A stretch of 64,000 nt of DNA, taken from IMG/VR virus record IMGVR_UViG_3300044946_000220, positions 38,035 through 102,034 of that record. One strand, written 5' to 3'. How positions within the stretch are numbered: the first letter of the stretch is position 1; each line of letters starts with the position of its first letter. The notes beneath the pieces are model-generated. The model was given only the letters and a program-made list of their open reading frames with translations. It had not been told where the DNA came from and ran no database searches. This DNA is from a virus. This document shows positions 26,960 to 35,593 of the stretch, piece after piece. A program made the position numbers and the translations under genes.

Positions 26960-27776
26960 CGCCTATGGCCGGCCACTCTGCCGTCGCGGCATCGCGCAGG
27001 CCTCTCGCCTCAATCTCCCGCTCCTTCCAGTCGGCCACCGCGCGAAGCTCCTGTGGAGACGCGTCCGAAGAAATTCGGTTCGTCCTGTGATTTACCACCA
27101 CCACATTGTTCGGCACGTACCCCAGGGACGGAATCAGCTTGTCCAGAGACGGGGAATCTCCACACGGGCCCCCGCTGTTGACTCTGTATGGTCTGCCGGA
27201 GACAGGGTCCTCTCCTCCTATGAGTATGTCCTTGGCGCAAATGAAGTACGGCACACCATCCCTTCGGGATCTAGATTTCGCATGCTGGAGCATGTTCTTC
27301 CGCGGATCGCTTGCGTGAGCGGATCGCTTGTCGTTGCCAGTGCACGGCTTACACACGCGAGATGTGGCACCGGATCTGCTGGTGTAAAATTCGGATCGCG
27401 CAAGTGTCTCCCCGCAGTCTACGCACGTGCGCATGCCGTCCGGATCTTGGTCAACAACGCGCACGCCAAGCTTCGCGGCCCTGAGTCTGCAAGCTTGCCT
27501 CGTCCTACCAGGCAGAAGCGAGCACGTGTCGCTACCCATCTTCGCGTACACGGACAGAAGCAACTCATCCTCCTCAGCGGACCACTTGCAACAGAGGTTT
27601 CTCCTGGGTCCGGAACCGGGGCCGCCAAGCTTTCTCAAGCCAAGCACGAGCGCCCTGGCCTTCACGCTGTGGTCTGCCCTATTCGGCAGCAGCGTACCAG
27701 CCAGTGCCCCACCAAGTTCCGGGTAGCTTGAGCGCAGGATCTCGTCCTCTTCGCGTGTCCACAACCTGCCTCCCAT
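26922..27776 (-). CDS. HNH-type endonuclease with two Myb-like repeats and zinc finger
   Basis: WTREEDEIL / WSAEEDELL; CVDC...CKPC; PSLDKLIPSLGYVPNNVVVVNHRTN. Confidence 0.8.
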   Translation of the reverse strand: MGGRLWTREEDEILRSSYPELGGALAGTLLPNRADHSVKARALVLGLRKLGGPGSGPRRNLCCKWSAEEDELLLSVYAKMGSDTCSLLPGRTRQACRLRAAKLGVRVVDQDPDGMRTCVDCGETLARSEFYTSRSGATSRVCKPCTGNDKRSAHASDPRKNMLQHAKSRSRRDGVPYFICAKDILIGGEDPVSGRPYRVNSGGPCGDSPSLDKLIPSLGYVPNNVVVVNHRTNRISSDASPQELRAVADWKEREIEARGLRDAATAEWPAIGVMRATAERPAKA

Positions 27777-27861
27777 CCTACACCTCTAAGCTTCACATCT
27801 TACCAGATCTCCACAGGAAAGCGAGATCTTTCTTCCCAGGCGTAACTCCAGGTGAGTTGAC

Positions 27862-28977
27862 TTGACCATCCAGACAGCAGCACCCGCAGCACCCGTAGAG
27901 ACACCCGCGCCGGCAGGAGCCGAGGCGCCCGTTACTGAAGCGCCCGTTGAAGGCGCACACGCAATCGAAGCTCCCGCCACACCGGAGCCCACCGCCGAGG
28001 AGCTTGCCGCGAAAGCCGCGGACGAAGCGAAGGCAGCCAAAGAGGCCGAGGACAAGGCAGAGAAGGCAGCCCGACTTGCCGAGGTAAGGCGCCTCGCGGC
28101 CCAGACCAGGGCTCAGTATCTTGAAACGGACGCCGCCAAGCGGGCCCGTGCCCAGGCTGAGCAGGCTATTGCCGAAGCTCAGAAGTCCAGGGCCGACACG
28201 TCCGCCGAACTTGCGGAACTGAAGGCGCGCCTTGCGGAGGCCGAAAAGAACCCGTGGGCCTGGGCGAAGGGCAAGGGCCTTACCGCCCAACAGGTGGCCG
28301 AGCAGGAACTGTCCGAGAATACGGACGACGCGAAGCTGAAGGAGCTTAGCGAGCGAATCTCCGCCGCCGACAAGAGGGCTGAGGAAGCTGAGAAAAAGGC
28401 GCAAGCCATTCTCGATGCCAATCAGGCCCGCGCTGAGCGAGCTGCCCGAGTTGAGGCATGGGAAACCGCCAAGGCTGCGGCCATTGAGACCTTCGACGGT
28501 GCAAAAGAGAAGCTTGCTGACCTGCACGCATTCGTTGACAAGCAGGCTGCACGCAGCGGCGGCAAGCGCGCAGACATTCTCGTAGACGAGATGCTCGTTG
28601 CCGTCCAGAGAATCAAAAGCAATCCCGTCACGGCACCCTTCGCTGATCAGTACACGGACGCAGAGATTCTTGAGGCCGTGAACGCGAGATACGACGGCTA
28701 CGCAAAGCTAAACGCTCCTGCCGCAGCCGCAACCACCACTTCAATCGCGAGCGCTACCCAGGTGACGGCGCCGTCAACAACCCAGGCGAAAGATCCAAAA
28801 CCAGGCGCAACGCAAGCGAGCACCGGGACAGCTCCGAAGCCGCCACCTACGCTCACCAATGCGCAGTCATCGCAGACCGCAACCGGTTATCCGACCGACT
28901 TCGATCTGTGGCCAGACAAGAAGCAGAACGCTTGGCTGGCAGAGCAACTTCGCAACGGCACTCTGCCCAAGGGTTAG
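27862..28977 (+). CDS. capsid scaffolding protein
   Basis: Ala/Glu/Lys coiled coil between portal and capsid, ending PTLTN plus short helix. Confidence 0.8.
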   Translation: MTIQTAAPAAPVETPAPAGAEAPVTEAPVEGAHAIEAPATPEPTAEELAAKAADEAKAAKEAEDKAEKAARLAEVRRLAAQTRAQYLETDAAKRARAQAEQAIAEAQKSRADTSAELAELKARLAEAEKNPWAWAKGKGLTAQQVAEQELSENTDDAKLKELSERISAADKRAEEAEKKAQAILDANQARAERAARVEAWETAKAAAIETFDGAKEKLADLHAFVDKQAARSGGKRADILVDEMLVAVQRIKSNPVTAPFADQYTDAEILEAVNARYDGYAKLNAPAAAATTTSIASATQVTAPSTTQAKDPKPGATQASTGTAPKPPPTLTNAQSSQTATGYPTDFDLWPDKKQNAWLAEQLRNGTLPKG

Positions 28978-29110
28978 TCCCTAGGGGCACATAGAGCCAA
29001 CAGAGCGTCAGGCGCGCGCGGCTCAAAACTGACTTGTTACCGACGGCCAATAAGGGTCGCCGAGTGAGCGAGTCAGGGCATTTCCCGCTTACACGCGGAA
29101 CGAAAGCGCT

Positions 29111-30370
29111 ATGGCTACTACACTTGATACGACCGCACTCGCTGCGGTTCTGAAGCAGAAGTACACCCAGAGGAAGTTCAATCTCCTCTGCTACAAGAAA
29201 AACCCGTTCTACGCCCTGGTCAACAAGATTACCGACTTCGGCGGCAGCAACAAGCGTATTGGCGTGCGTAACGCCTCGCCGCAGGGTCGTGGTCCGACCA
29301 TCGCGGTGGCGCAGGGCAACAAGACGTCCAGCGCGTACCAGGGGTTCGTTGTCACCCGTACGTCGGACTACGCGACCGCGTCGATTACCGGAGAGGCCAT
29401 CAAGGCGTCAAAGGGCGATGAGAACTCGCTGATCGAGGGCCTCACCAAGGAGATCGACGGCAGCATTCACACCTGCATGCGCAACCTTGCCATCTGCATG
29501 TACCGCAACGGCGGTGGGCAGCGCGGGCAGATTGCCACCGTCAGCAACGTTGCCAGCACGGTGATCACGCTCGCCAATCTCGGCGACGTTGTGGATTTCG
29601 AGCAGGGCATGACCGTCGCGCTTGCGGCGGACGACGGCTACAACAACGGCGGCGCGCTTCTGGGCCTTCGTGGCGGCGGCGGCACTACGCTGCAGATCAC
29701 CGGCATCGACCGGGATCTCGGCACGCTGACGGCGGGACAGGTTTGGAGCACCATCTCTGGCGCCTCCACCGGCGACTACATCTTCCAGGCGGCTGCTGGC
29801 GTTGGCTCTGACTACGCCTCGATGGTTCGCGGTCTCGCAGCGTGGCTCCCCACGACTGCCCCGATCACGACCGACAACTTCTTCGGTGTGAACCGATCCA
29901 ACGACGTGACCCGCCTCGGCGGCATTCGCGTTGTGGGCTCGGGCGCCGACTACCAGGACACCCTCACCGACGCGGCCACCCGCATCTCGCGTGAAGGTGG
30001 CGAAGCAAGCCACGTCTTCATGAACCCGCTCGACTGGGCGAAGCTCGTGAAAGCCCTGGGCGCGAAGGTGGTCTACGACCGCGCTGCGCCGCTGGACATG
30101 CCGGAGTTTGCCTTCAAGGCAGTGCAGCTTGAGGGGCCCGACGGCCCGGTCAAGGTCATCGCGGATCTCAACTGTCCTCTCGGCACCGGCTATATGGTGC
30201 AACTGGATACCCTGAACTTCGAGTCTCTTGGTGAGGCTCCGATGATTCTGGACCTGGATGGCATGACCATCCTGCGTAACCCCACTACTGACTCGTACGA
30301 TGTGCGAATTGGCTACTACGGTCAGCTGACCTGTGAAGCCCCGGGGTGGAACTGCGTGATCTCGTTCTGA
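29111..30370 (+). CDS. major capsid protein
   Basis: 419 aa after scaffold, strong codon bias, LKQKY...NPFYAL, FMNPLDW, RIGYYGQL. Confidence 0.9.
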   Translation: MATTLDTTALAAVLKQKYTQRKFNLLCYKKNPFYALVNKITDFGGSNKRIGVRNASPQGRGPTIAVAQGNKTSSAYQGFVVTRTSDYATASITGEAIKASKGDENSLIEGLTKEIDGSIHTCMRNLAICMYRNGGGQRGQIATVSNVASTVITLANLGDVVDFEQGMTVALAADDGYNNGGALLGLRGGGGTTLQITGIDRDLGTLTAGQVWSTISGASTGDYIFQAAAGVGSDYASMVRGLAAWLPTTAPITTDNFFGVNRSNDVTRLGGIRVVGSGADYQDTLTDAATRISREGGEASHVFMNPLDWAKLVKALGAKVVYDRAAPLDMPEFAFKAVQLEGPDGPVKVIADLNCPLGTGYMVQLDTLNFESLGEAPMILDLDGMTILRNPTTDSYDVRIGYYGQLTCEAPGWNCVISF

Positions 30371-30403
30371 TTTTAGCGAAAGGACAAGGAAAGGAATAAC
30401 ACC

Positions 30404-30877
30404 ATGTACTCTCGCGACGCACACCCGAGCTACGCCTCGGTCATCAATCTCCGTAGCGCTTACTTCCAGCTCAAGCTGCCGGCCGCCAACGCGGCCCCTA
30501 CACTCGTGTACGGCGGCAACTGGATCGCCGGTACGGTTTATGGTCCTGGACAAGCTGTCCCGGCGACAGGGAACTTCGCCGCTACGACTCTGGCCAACAA
30601 TCAGATCGCATTCATCTCCAAAGACAACTTCTTTGGCATCATCGACGGCAGCGCGGACTGGCGCGACGCGGGGGCCAACGGTGCATACTGCACCATCTCC
30701 TACACGTCCAACTCCACCGCTGCGACTAACGAGGCCACTTCTAATCCTCAAGTCTTCATGCTCAACTTCTTCACGTCCGGGGGGTCGGCGGTAACGCCAT
30801 CCTCCAACCTCGTGGGGGTGGTTGGTGGGTTCATTGAGATCAACAACGGCAACATCACCACGCCGGGAGGCAACTGA
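30404..30877 (+). CDS. putative head decoration/minor virion protein
   Basis: Strong RBS directly after capsid gene; beta-rich. Confidence 0.55.
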   Translation: MYSRDAHPSYASVINLRSAYFQLKLPAANAAPTLVYGGNWIAGTVYGPGQAVPATGNFAATTLANNQIAFISKDNFFGIIDGSADWRDAGANGAYCTISYTSNSTAATNEATSNPQVFMLNFFTSGGSAVTPSSNLVGVVGGFIEINNGNITTPGGN

Positions 30878-31152
30878 TGGCCAAGCCCTCTCTCATGGGG
30901 GCTCTCGCAAGTCAAGACCCTCCCGATTCGGCTCCCGCGGATGGCGATGATGCCGCCACAAAGGATCCGGGCGTTCAGGCCGCACAAAGCGTTCTGGATG
31001 CCGTTCAGGACGGCGACGCCGAGTCCCTCTACGACGCGCTTTGCTCGCTCATCGACATGCACACCAGCAAGTCCAGTGACGGCGGCATGGGCGCGCCAGA
31101 ACCCAAACCCAAGCTCGTGATCGCCTTCGGCGGACACGGGCCGAGCAAGTAA
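30877..31152 (+). CDS. small acidic protein
   Basis: TGATG-coupled. Confidence 0.65.
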   Translation: MAKPSLMGALASQDPPDSAPADGDDAATKDPGVQAAQSVLDAVQDGDAESLYDALCSLIDMHTSKSSDGGMGAPEPKPKLVIAFGGHGPSK

Positions 31153-31177
31153 CTCAAAGGCTCCACAAGGATTTTCA

Positions 31178-32059
31178 ATGGCTCTCACTACTACAATTTC
31201 GGTTCAGGACGGCGCCTCCGCCGCAGTGAACCTTGCGGCGAACGTCTCGGCGAATGTTACGCCGGGCAACACTCTGGTCATCGCGCCCCAGGTGTCCACT
31301 GGATTCATTCAGTGGACCGTCACTCTTCAGAGTGACTACGGGCCCCTCAATGGGTTTACGCAGACCTTCCCCGGCCCGCTGTTTTCTCTCAGCCTGCCGC
31401 TTCCGCAACAGCCCTGTCGGCTGATCGTCACCAGCGAAGCGACGGACGGGAACAACATCTGGCAGACCACCAACATCCTTTACAACTACGCGCGCACCGG
31501 CGTTACCTCGCACTCGGCCCGACTCGTCGGGACTCTTGCGGTGACGATCGCCAATGCGAACGTTGTGTTCGACGGCGTTGCCGCAGCGCAGGGCGACGAG
31601 GTTCTGCTTGTGAACCAAGCGAACGGCGTGCAAAACGGTTTGTACGTCGTTGGCGTGCCCACGTCCAACGTCGCAGCGCTCACGCGTCCTGCTGATTACG
31701 GCAGCGGCCAGGTGCTCAAGGCGCCGGTTGTTTTCGAGATCAGCGAAGGCTCCTCCTTCTCCAATAGCACTTGGAAGATTACGTCTGCCAACGCTGTCAC
31801 GGTCGATACGTCGAACGTGCAGATCTACCCGCGTATGCTCAAGGGAGCCATTGCCAACGTCGCTTCGGCCAACGCCGCTGCGAACGTCACCGGCCTGTGG
31901 ATCCTGTCGAACACGTCCGTTGTTCTCGTGCAGTCCAACACGGCCGCCAACGCGGCCACGTACGTGAGTGCGAACGTCGGAAATGCGGCCAACGCCGGGT
32001 ACTTTACTGTACTCAGCACGGCAAACGCGGCCGGCACATGGCTGCTTATGAATTGGTAG
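31178..32059 (+). CDS. virion fibre/decoration protein
   Basis: GDEVLLVNQANGVQNGLYVV motif common in phage fibres; ANA-rich tail. Confidence 0.7.
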   Translation: MALTTTISVQDGASAAVNLAANVSANVTPGNTLVIAPQVSTGFIQWTVTLQSDYGPLNGFTQTFPGPLFSLSLPLPQQPCRLIVTSEATDGNNIWQTTNILYNYARTGVTSHSARLVGTLAVTIANANVVFDGVAAAQGDEVLLVNQANGVQNGLYVVGVPTSNVAALTRPADYGSGQVLKAPVVFEISEGSSFSNSTWKITSANAVTVDTSNVQIYPRMLKGAIANVASANAAANVTGLWILSNTSVVLVQSNTAANAATYVSANVGNAANAGYFTVLSTANAAGTWLLMNW

Positions 32060-32132
32060 GGTGATGTAGGTAAACACACTGCGTGGTCGCAAGACTGCGC
32101 AGTAGTTTGCTTCCAACTTCGTCAGGTAATCG

Positions 32133-32882
32133 ATGCCCGCTACCGTAAGCCTAGATTCAATGATGACGTCCGCCATACAGCGGGCAGGCATTGAAAACTT
32201 AGTGGCAGAGACAAACAGCGTCATCACCAAGCCAGAGCTGCGCGGGTACTTCAACGAGGCTTTGGCTGAGACGTATGACCTTCTGATTGCTGCGCGTGCA
32301 CAGGAGTTCTATCGCAAAGACTTCGTCTTCACCACGACCGGCAACCAGGCGGTATACCCGCTTCCGTCTGACTTCTACGAGCTTCTGTCCGTAGACATAC
32401 AGCTGGGCGCCAACGTTGTGCTGTCCGCGAAGCCGTACATGGAGAGCGAGCGAAACGCGTATAGGGTATATAGTGGCTGGTTCTACTATACCCCCGTCAT
32501 GTTTCGTTTGCTTGGAAACCCAGATACGACTGGCGCAACCCTGCAGGCGCCGATGATCTCATTCATACCTGCACCGAGCACCCTTACCGAGGTGGTCCTC
32601 CACTACATGCCCGCGTTCCGCGTGTTCCTCACCGACGGTTCCGAGGATAAGAACGTCTTCGACGGAGTGAACGCGTGGGAGGGCCACGCCATCTGGAACG
32701 TCGCCGCCATGTGCCTTGAGAAGCTAAAGCAGGACTCCGGTTTCGCTCGCGCACAGGTGGAGCGGTACACGAAGCGCATTGAAGCACTCGCACCAGATCG
32801 CCACGCCGGAGATCCAGAGCGAGTCCACGACTCGCTAAGCGACATCGACGGCGGTGCGTTCGGCTGGAACGGTTTGGCCTAG
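32133..32882 (+). CDS. head-tail adaptor (tail tubular protein A-like)
   Basis: ELRGYFNEALAETYDLL, YPLPSDFYEL; position. Confidence 0.8.
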   Translation: MPATVSLDSMMTSAIQRAGIENLVAETNSVITKPELRGYFNEALAETYDLLIAARAQEFYRKDFVFTTTGNQAVYPLPSDFYELLSVDIQLGANVVLSAKPYMESERNAYRVYSGWFYYTPVMFRLLGNPDTTGATLQAPMISFIPAPSTLTEVVLHYMPAFRVFLTDGSEDKNVFDGVNAWEGHAIWNVAAMCLEKLKQDSGFARAQVERYTKRIEALAPDRHAGDPERVHDSLSDIDGGAFGWNGLA

Positions 32883-33070
32883 ATCGGCGTCGCGGCCACC
32901 TTGCACGTCCACCAGCAGCCGACGCCTTGATCGCACACGCAAACGGCCTTGGCCTTTGCGCCGCACGCAGGCGGATTGTCGTCGCAACCCGTTGCCGCTC
33001 CATCGGCTCTACTTGACAGCGTAACGAAGCCCAACACGGCCAACGCAAGCACTACAGCAATCTTCTTCAT
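32879..33070 (-). CDS. secreted 63-aa protein with one six-Cys module
   Basis: GGAGG RBS, MKK signal peptide, C-x6-C-x7-CxC-x5-C-WWT-C. Confidence 0.85.
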   Translation of the reverse strand: MKKIAVVLALAVLGFVTLSSRADGAATGCDDNPPACGAKAKAVCVCDQGVGCWWTCKVAATPI

Positions 33071-33084
33071 GGACGCATCCTCCA

Positions 33085-33534
33085 TTACAACGGGCACTCC
33101 CACGAACAGCCAGCCTTCTCGCTGCATGAGCACGACGGGTGCAGTCCAGCGAAGCACTTCACGCTGGGCGCCTCTCGGCATGTCTTGTACACCGGCGGCG
33201 ATGGCGGCGGCTTCGGACAGGCCCACCAGCAACCCACACTTGGATCGCATTCGCAGTTGGCCGGCTTCGTGAACTGGTCATCGCAATACGGGCGCGTCGT
33301 TCCGCACGTAAACTCGGCGGTGGTCATGCACGCCCACTTACAGCCAGCCCCCGGCAGGCAATCGCAAAGCGGTTTTTCGTCACGCCAGCACTTGGCCTTT
33401 GGCTTCCCGGCACACTGGCCATACTCGTCGTTCGGGTCTTTTCCGCCAGCAGCGTAAGCCGTCGCCTCCTCTCCTGACGTAGCGAACGCCAGCCCGACCG
33501 CCGCCAGCGCCGCCGCAACCACTAGCTTCTTCAT
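33085..33534 (-). CDS. secreted protein with three six-Cys modules
   Basis: MKK signal peptide; three CxC-x4-GCxWxC repeats. Confidence 0.88.
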   Translation of the reverse strand: MKKLVVAAALAAVGLAFATSGEEATAYAAGGKDPNDEYGQCAGKPKAKCWRDEKPLCDCLPGAGCKWACMTTAEFTCGTTRPYCDDQFTKPANCECDPSVGCWWACPKPPPSPPVYKTCREAPSVKCFAGLHPSCSCSEKAGCSWECPL

Positions 33535-33547
33535 GATCCGTCTCCCT

Positions 33548-33949
33548 CTACCTGCAGATAGCGCTGTTCGGTGCGGTCAATCCAGACGCGCAGGTTGTTC
33601 CACGCGCACAGACGCAAATCGCCTCGCCTGGCTCAAACCTGACGTTCAATTCGTCCTGAGTGGCGCCGTCAATGGTTGTTACGGCAAACACAGCGCCTGC
33701 GGCGGACATGGGCTCGTCGTTCGGGGCGGCATCGGTAGGCACTGCCCCAACGAATTCCTTGGTGGCAACAATGGTCGCGTTTTCGCAAGTAAACCAGTCG
33801 CCATACACAGCGTAAGACGGGCAGGTTCCCGCGTAGATCCCGCTGTCCCCGTACTCGGGATCGAAGCCCGCAGGCTGAGCGGAAAACTCGCTGGTGCATC
33901 CGGCAGACATGAGCGCGATGAGCGCAATGGCAATGCGTTTCATGTTCAT
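33548..33949 (-). CDS. lipoprotein
   Basis: MKRIAIALIALMSAGC lipobox. Confidence 0.8.
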   Translation of the reverse strand: MNMKRIAIALIALMSAGCTSEFSAQPAGFDPEYGDSGIYAGTCPSYAVYGDWFTCENATIVATKEFVGAVPTDAAPNDEPMSAAGAVFAVTTIDGATQDELNVRFEPGEAICVCARGTTCASGLTAPNSAICR

Positions 33950-33956
33950 TCTCCCG

Positions 33957-34151
33957 TTATCGTTGCCAGCTTACGACACATCCCCAGTGTGGCGGGTTCC
34001 CGTGCGCCGTATCGAAAATGCACATGAGTTCCGTTTTGGGCGGACACTTGGGCTCCGGCTCCCAGCACCAGCCGCCCGCCGCCGCGTCCTCGGTTGACGC
34101 CAGCACGCAAACCACCAGCGCCAGCACCACGGTCGCCACCATCTTCTTCAT
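33957..34151 (-). CDS. secreted protein with a four-Cys variant of the module
   Basis: MKK signal peptide; C-x6-C-x7-C...WGC. Confidence 0.78.
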   Translation of the reverse strand: MKKMVATVVLALVVCVLASTEDAAAGGWCWEPEPKCPPKTELMCIFDTAHGNPPHWGCVVSWQR

Positions 34152-34174
34152 GTCGTCCACCGCCTTCTACACGC

Positions 34175-34202
34175 AGTCTAAGCACGTGCTTGGCTCTGTC
34201 AA
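34175..34202 (-). promoter_or_regulatory. sigma70-type promoter of the antisense secreted-protein cassette
   Basis: TTGACA-N16-TAGACT, 23 nt upstream of ATG 34151. Confidence 0.6.
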
Positions 34203-34205
34203 CTG

Positions 34206-34922
34206 GTGCGCGTGACTTCTGTCGTAAAAGCTACGCCGCGGGCCAGGACCAGCATCCTGACGCCACAGACGTCCACGGCGCCTCGCGCCAACGGGCAGGT
34301 GGGTTCCAAGGACACTGCTTTCTCTAACGAGCTGCAGCCTGTCCCGCCGCTTCACCTGGATCCGCAGGAGATCACGCCGGAAAACCTGCAAAAGCAGTTT
34401 ATGGACGCGTACGAGACGCTTCGGCGCGCTACGCTTCCCATGCGGCAGAACCCGGCTTCGGCGCCTAGCCACAGCCGCGGTATTCAGTGCACCGGCACGC
34501 CGGCACAGCCACAGATCATCCTTGTCCCCCATGCGCTCGGTCGCCCGTACACCGGCGCACATCCGGTGCGAAACCAGGGCGCCCCCTTTGTTGGCTCTGA
34601 AACGGTCCCTGGCGCGGTTGCGCACATCACCCTGGCCAACGGGGGCTCCGGCTACACGACGCCTCCAACGGTCTCTGTAAGCGGCGGCGGAGGCAATGGC
34701 GTCACGGCCGAGGCGGTGCTGGCCGACGGCGCGGTGTCCTACGTGAAGCTCAACGGCGCCGGGCAGAATCACACAAGCCCTCCGCAGGTTTCTTTCAGCG
34801 GTGGAGGCGGAACTGGAGCGGTGGCGAATGCCGTGCTGCCGCCCAGTTTTGACGCAACCAAGTTCGCTCAGTTCAGCACGACGAGTACCACGACGGCAGA
34901 CTTCCAACTTTTCGGAGATTAG
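34206..34922 (+). CDS. tail-associated protein with Gly-rich GGSGYT..PTV repeats
   Basis: NGGSGYTTPPTVSVSGGGG and GAGQNHTSPPQVSFSGGGG. Confidence 0.7.
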   Translation: MRVTSVVKATPRARTSILTPQTSTAPRANGQVGSKDTAFSNELQPVPPLHLDPQEITPENLQKQFMDAYETLRRATLPMRQNPASAPSHSRGIQCTGTPAQPQIILVPHALGRPYTGAHPVRNQGAPFVGSETVPGAVAHITLANGGSGYTTPPTVSVSGGGGNGVTAEAVLADGAVSYVKLNGAGQNHTSPPQVSFSGGGGTGAVANAVLPPSFDATKFAQFSTTSTTTADFQLFGD

Positions 34923-35593
34923 TGGCCGCCGCGAAGCCAAAGATATCCGAAGAGGAGCGACTTCAGAAGAATCGCGAATACCAGGCCGCATGGTACGCGA
35001 AGCTGACGCCCGAAAAGAAGGCGGAGCGCTTTGAGGCCAGCTACGCACGCAAACGCGCCAAGGGCGGCAGATCTGCCGAGGAGAAGGCTGCGCGGCGCGA
35101 ATATGAGCGCAAAGCTGCTGCTGAGCGTACCGCGGAAGAGAGGGCCAGGCGGGCGGCAAAGTCCAGAGAGTACTACCCGCGTTACCCGAAGCGCACGCGC
35201 AAGCTTAGCCCAGAGCAAAGAGAAAAGAACAACAGTCTGGCTCGCGCGCGCGGACGAACGTACACCGCCGAACAGAAGGAACGAAAGGCCGCGTACTTGA
35301 AGGAGTACCTTGCTAGCAAGAAGGAGAAAACCTACGCAGGTCATCTTGCGCGCAAATACGGCATGACCGCCAGCGACTATGCCAAGGCGCTAGAGGCGCA
35401 GGGCGGTGTGTGCGCGCTGTGCGGTGGGGTGAACTCTGACGGCAAACGTATTTTCGTAGACCACTCTCACGAAACGGGCAAAGTGCGCGCACTGCTGTGC
35501 AGGCTGTGTAATCTGGCCATCGGCTCAATGAGAGAAGACCCGGCTCTGATGCGCAGGGCGGCGGACTACGTAGAGAGCTGGGCAAAACTGTGA
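34922..35593 (+). CDS. endonuclease VII-family protein
   Basis: KYGMT...QGGVCALC...VDHSHETGKVRALLCRLCN. Confidence 0.92.
   Translation: MAAAKPKISEEERLQKNREYQAAWYAKLTPEKKAERFEASYARKRAKGGRSAEEKAARREYERKAAAERTAEERARRAAKSREYYPRYPKRTRKLSPEQREKNNSLARARGRTYTAEQKERKAAYLKEYLASKKEKTYAGHLARKYGMTASDYAKALEAQGGVCALCGGVNSDGKRIFVDHSHETGKVRALLCRLCNLAIGSMREDPALMRRAADYVESWAKL

Noticed and set aside
29408-30751. 447-aa minus-strand ORF (also 31175..32254, 46622..47557 and similar)
   Set aside because: Antisense shadows of codon-biased GC-rich structural genes, with no motifs
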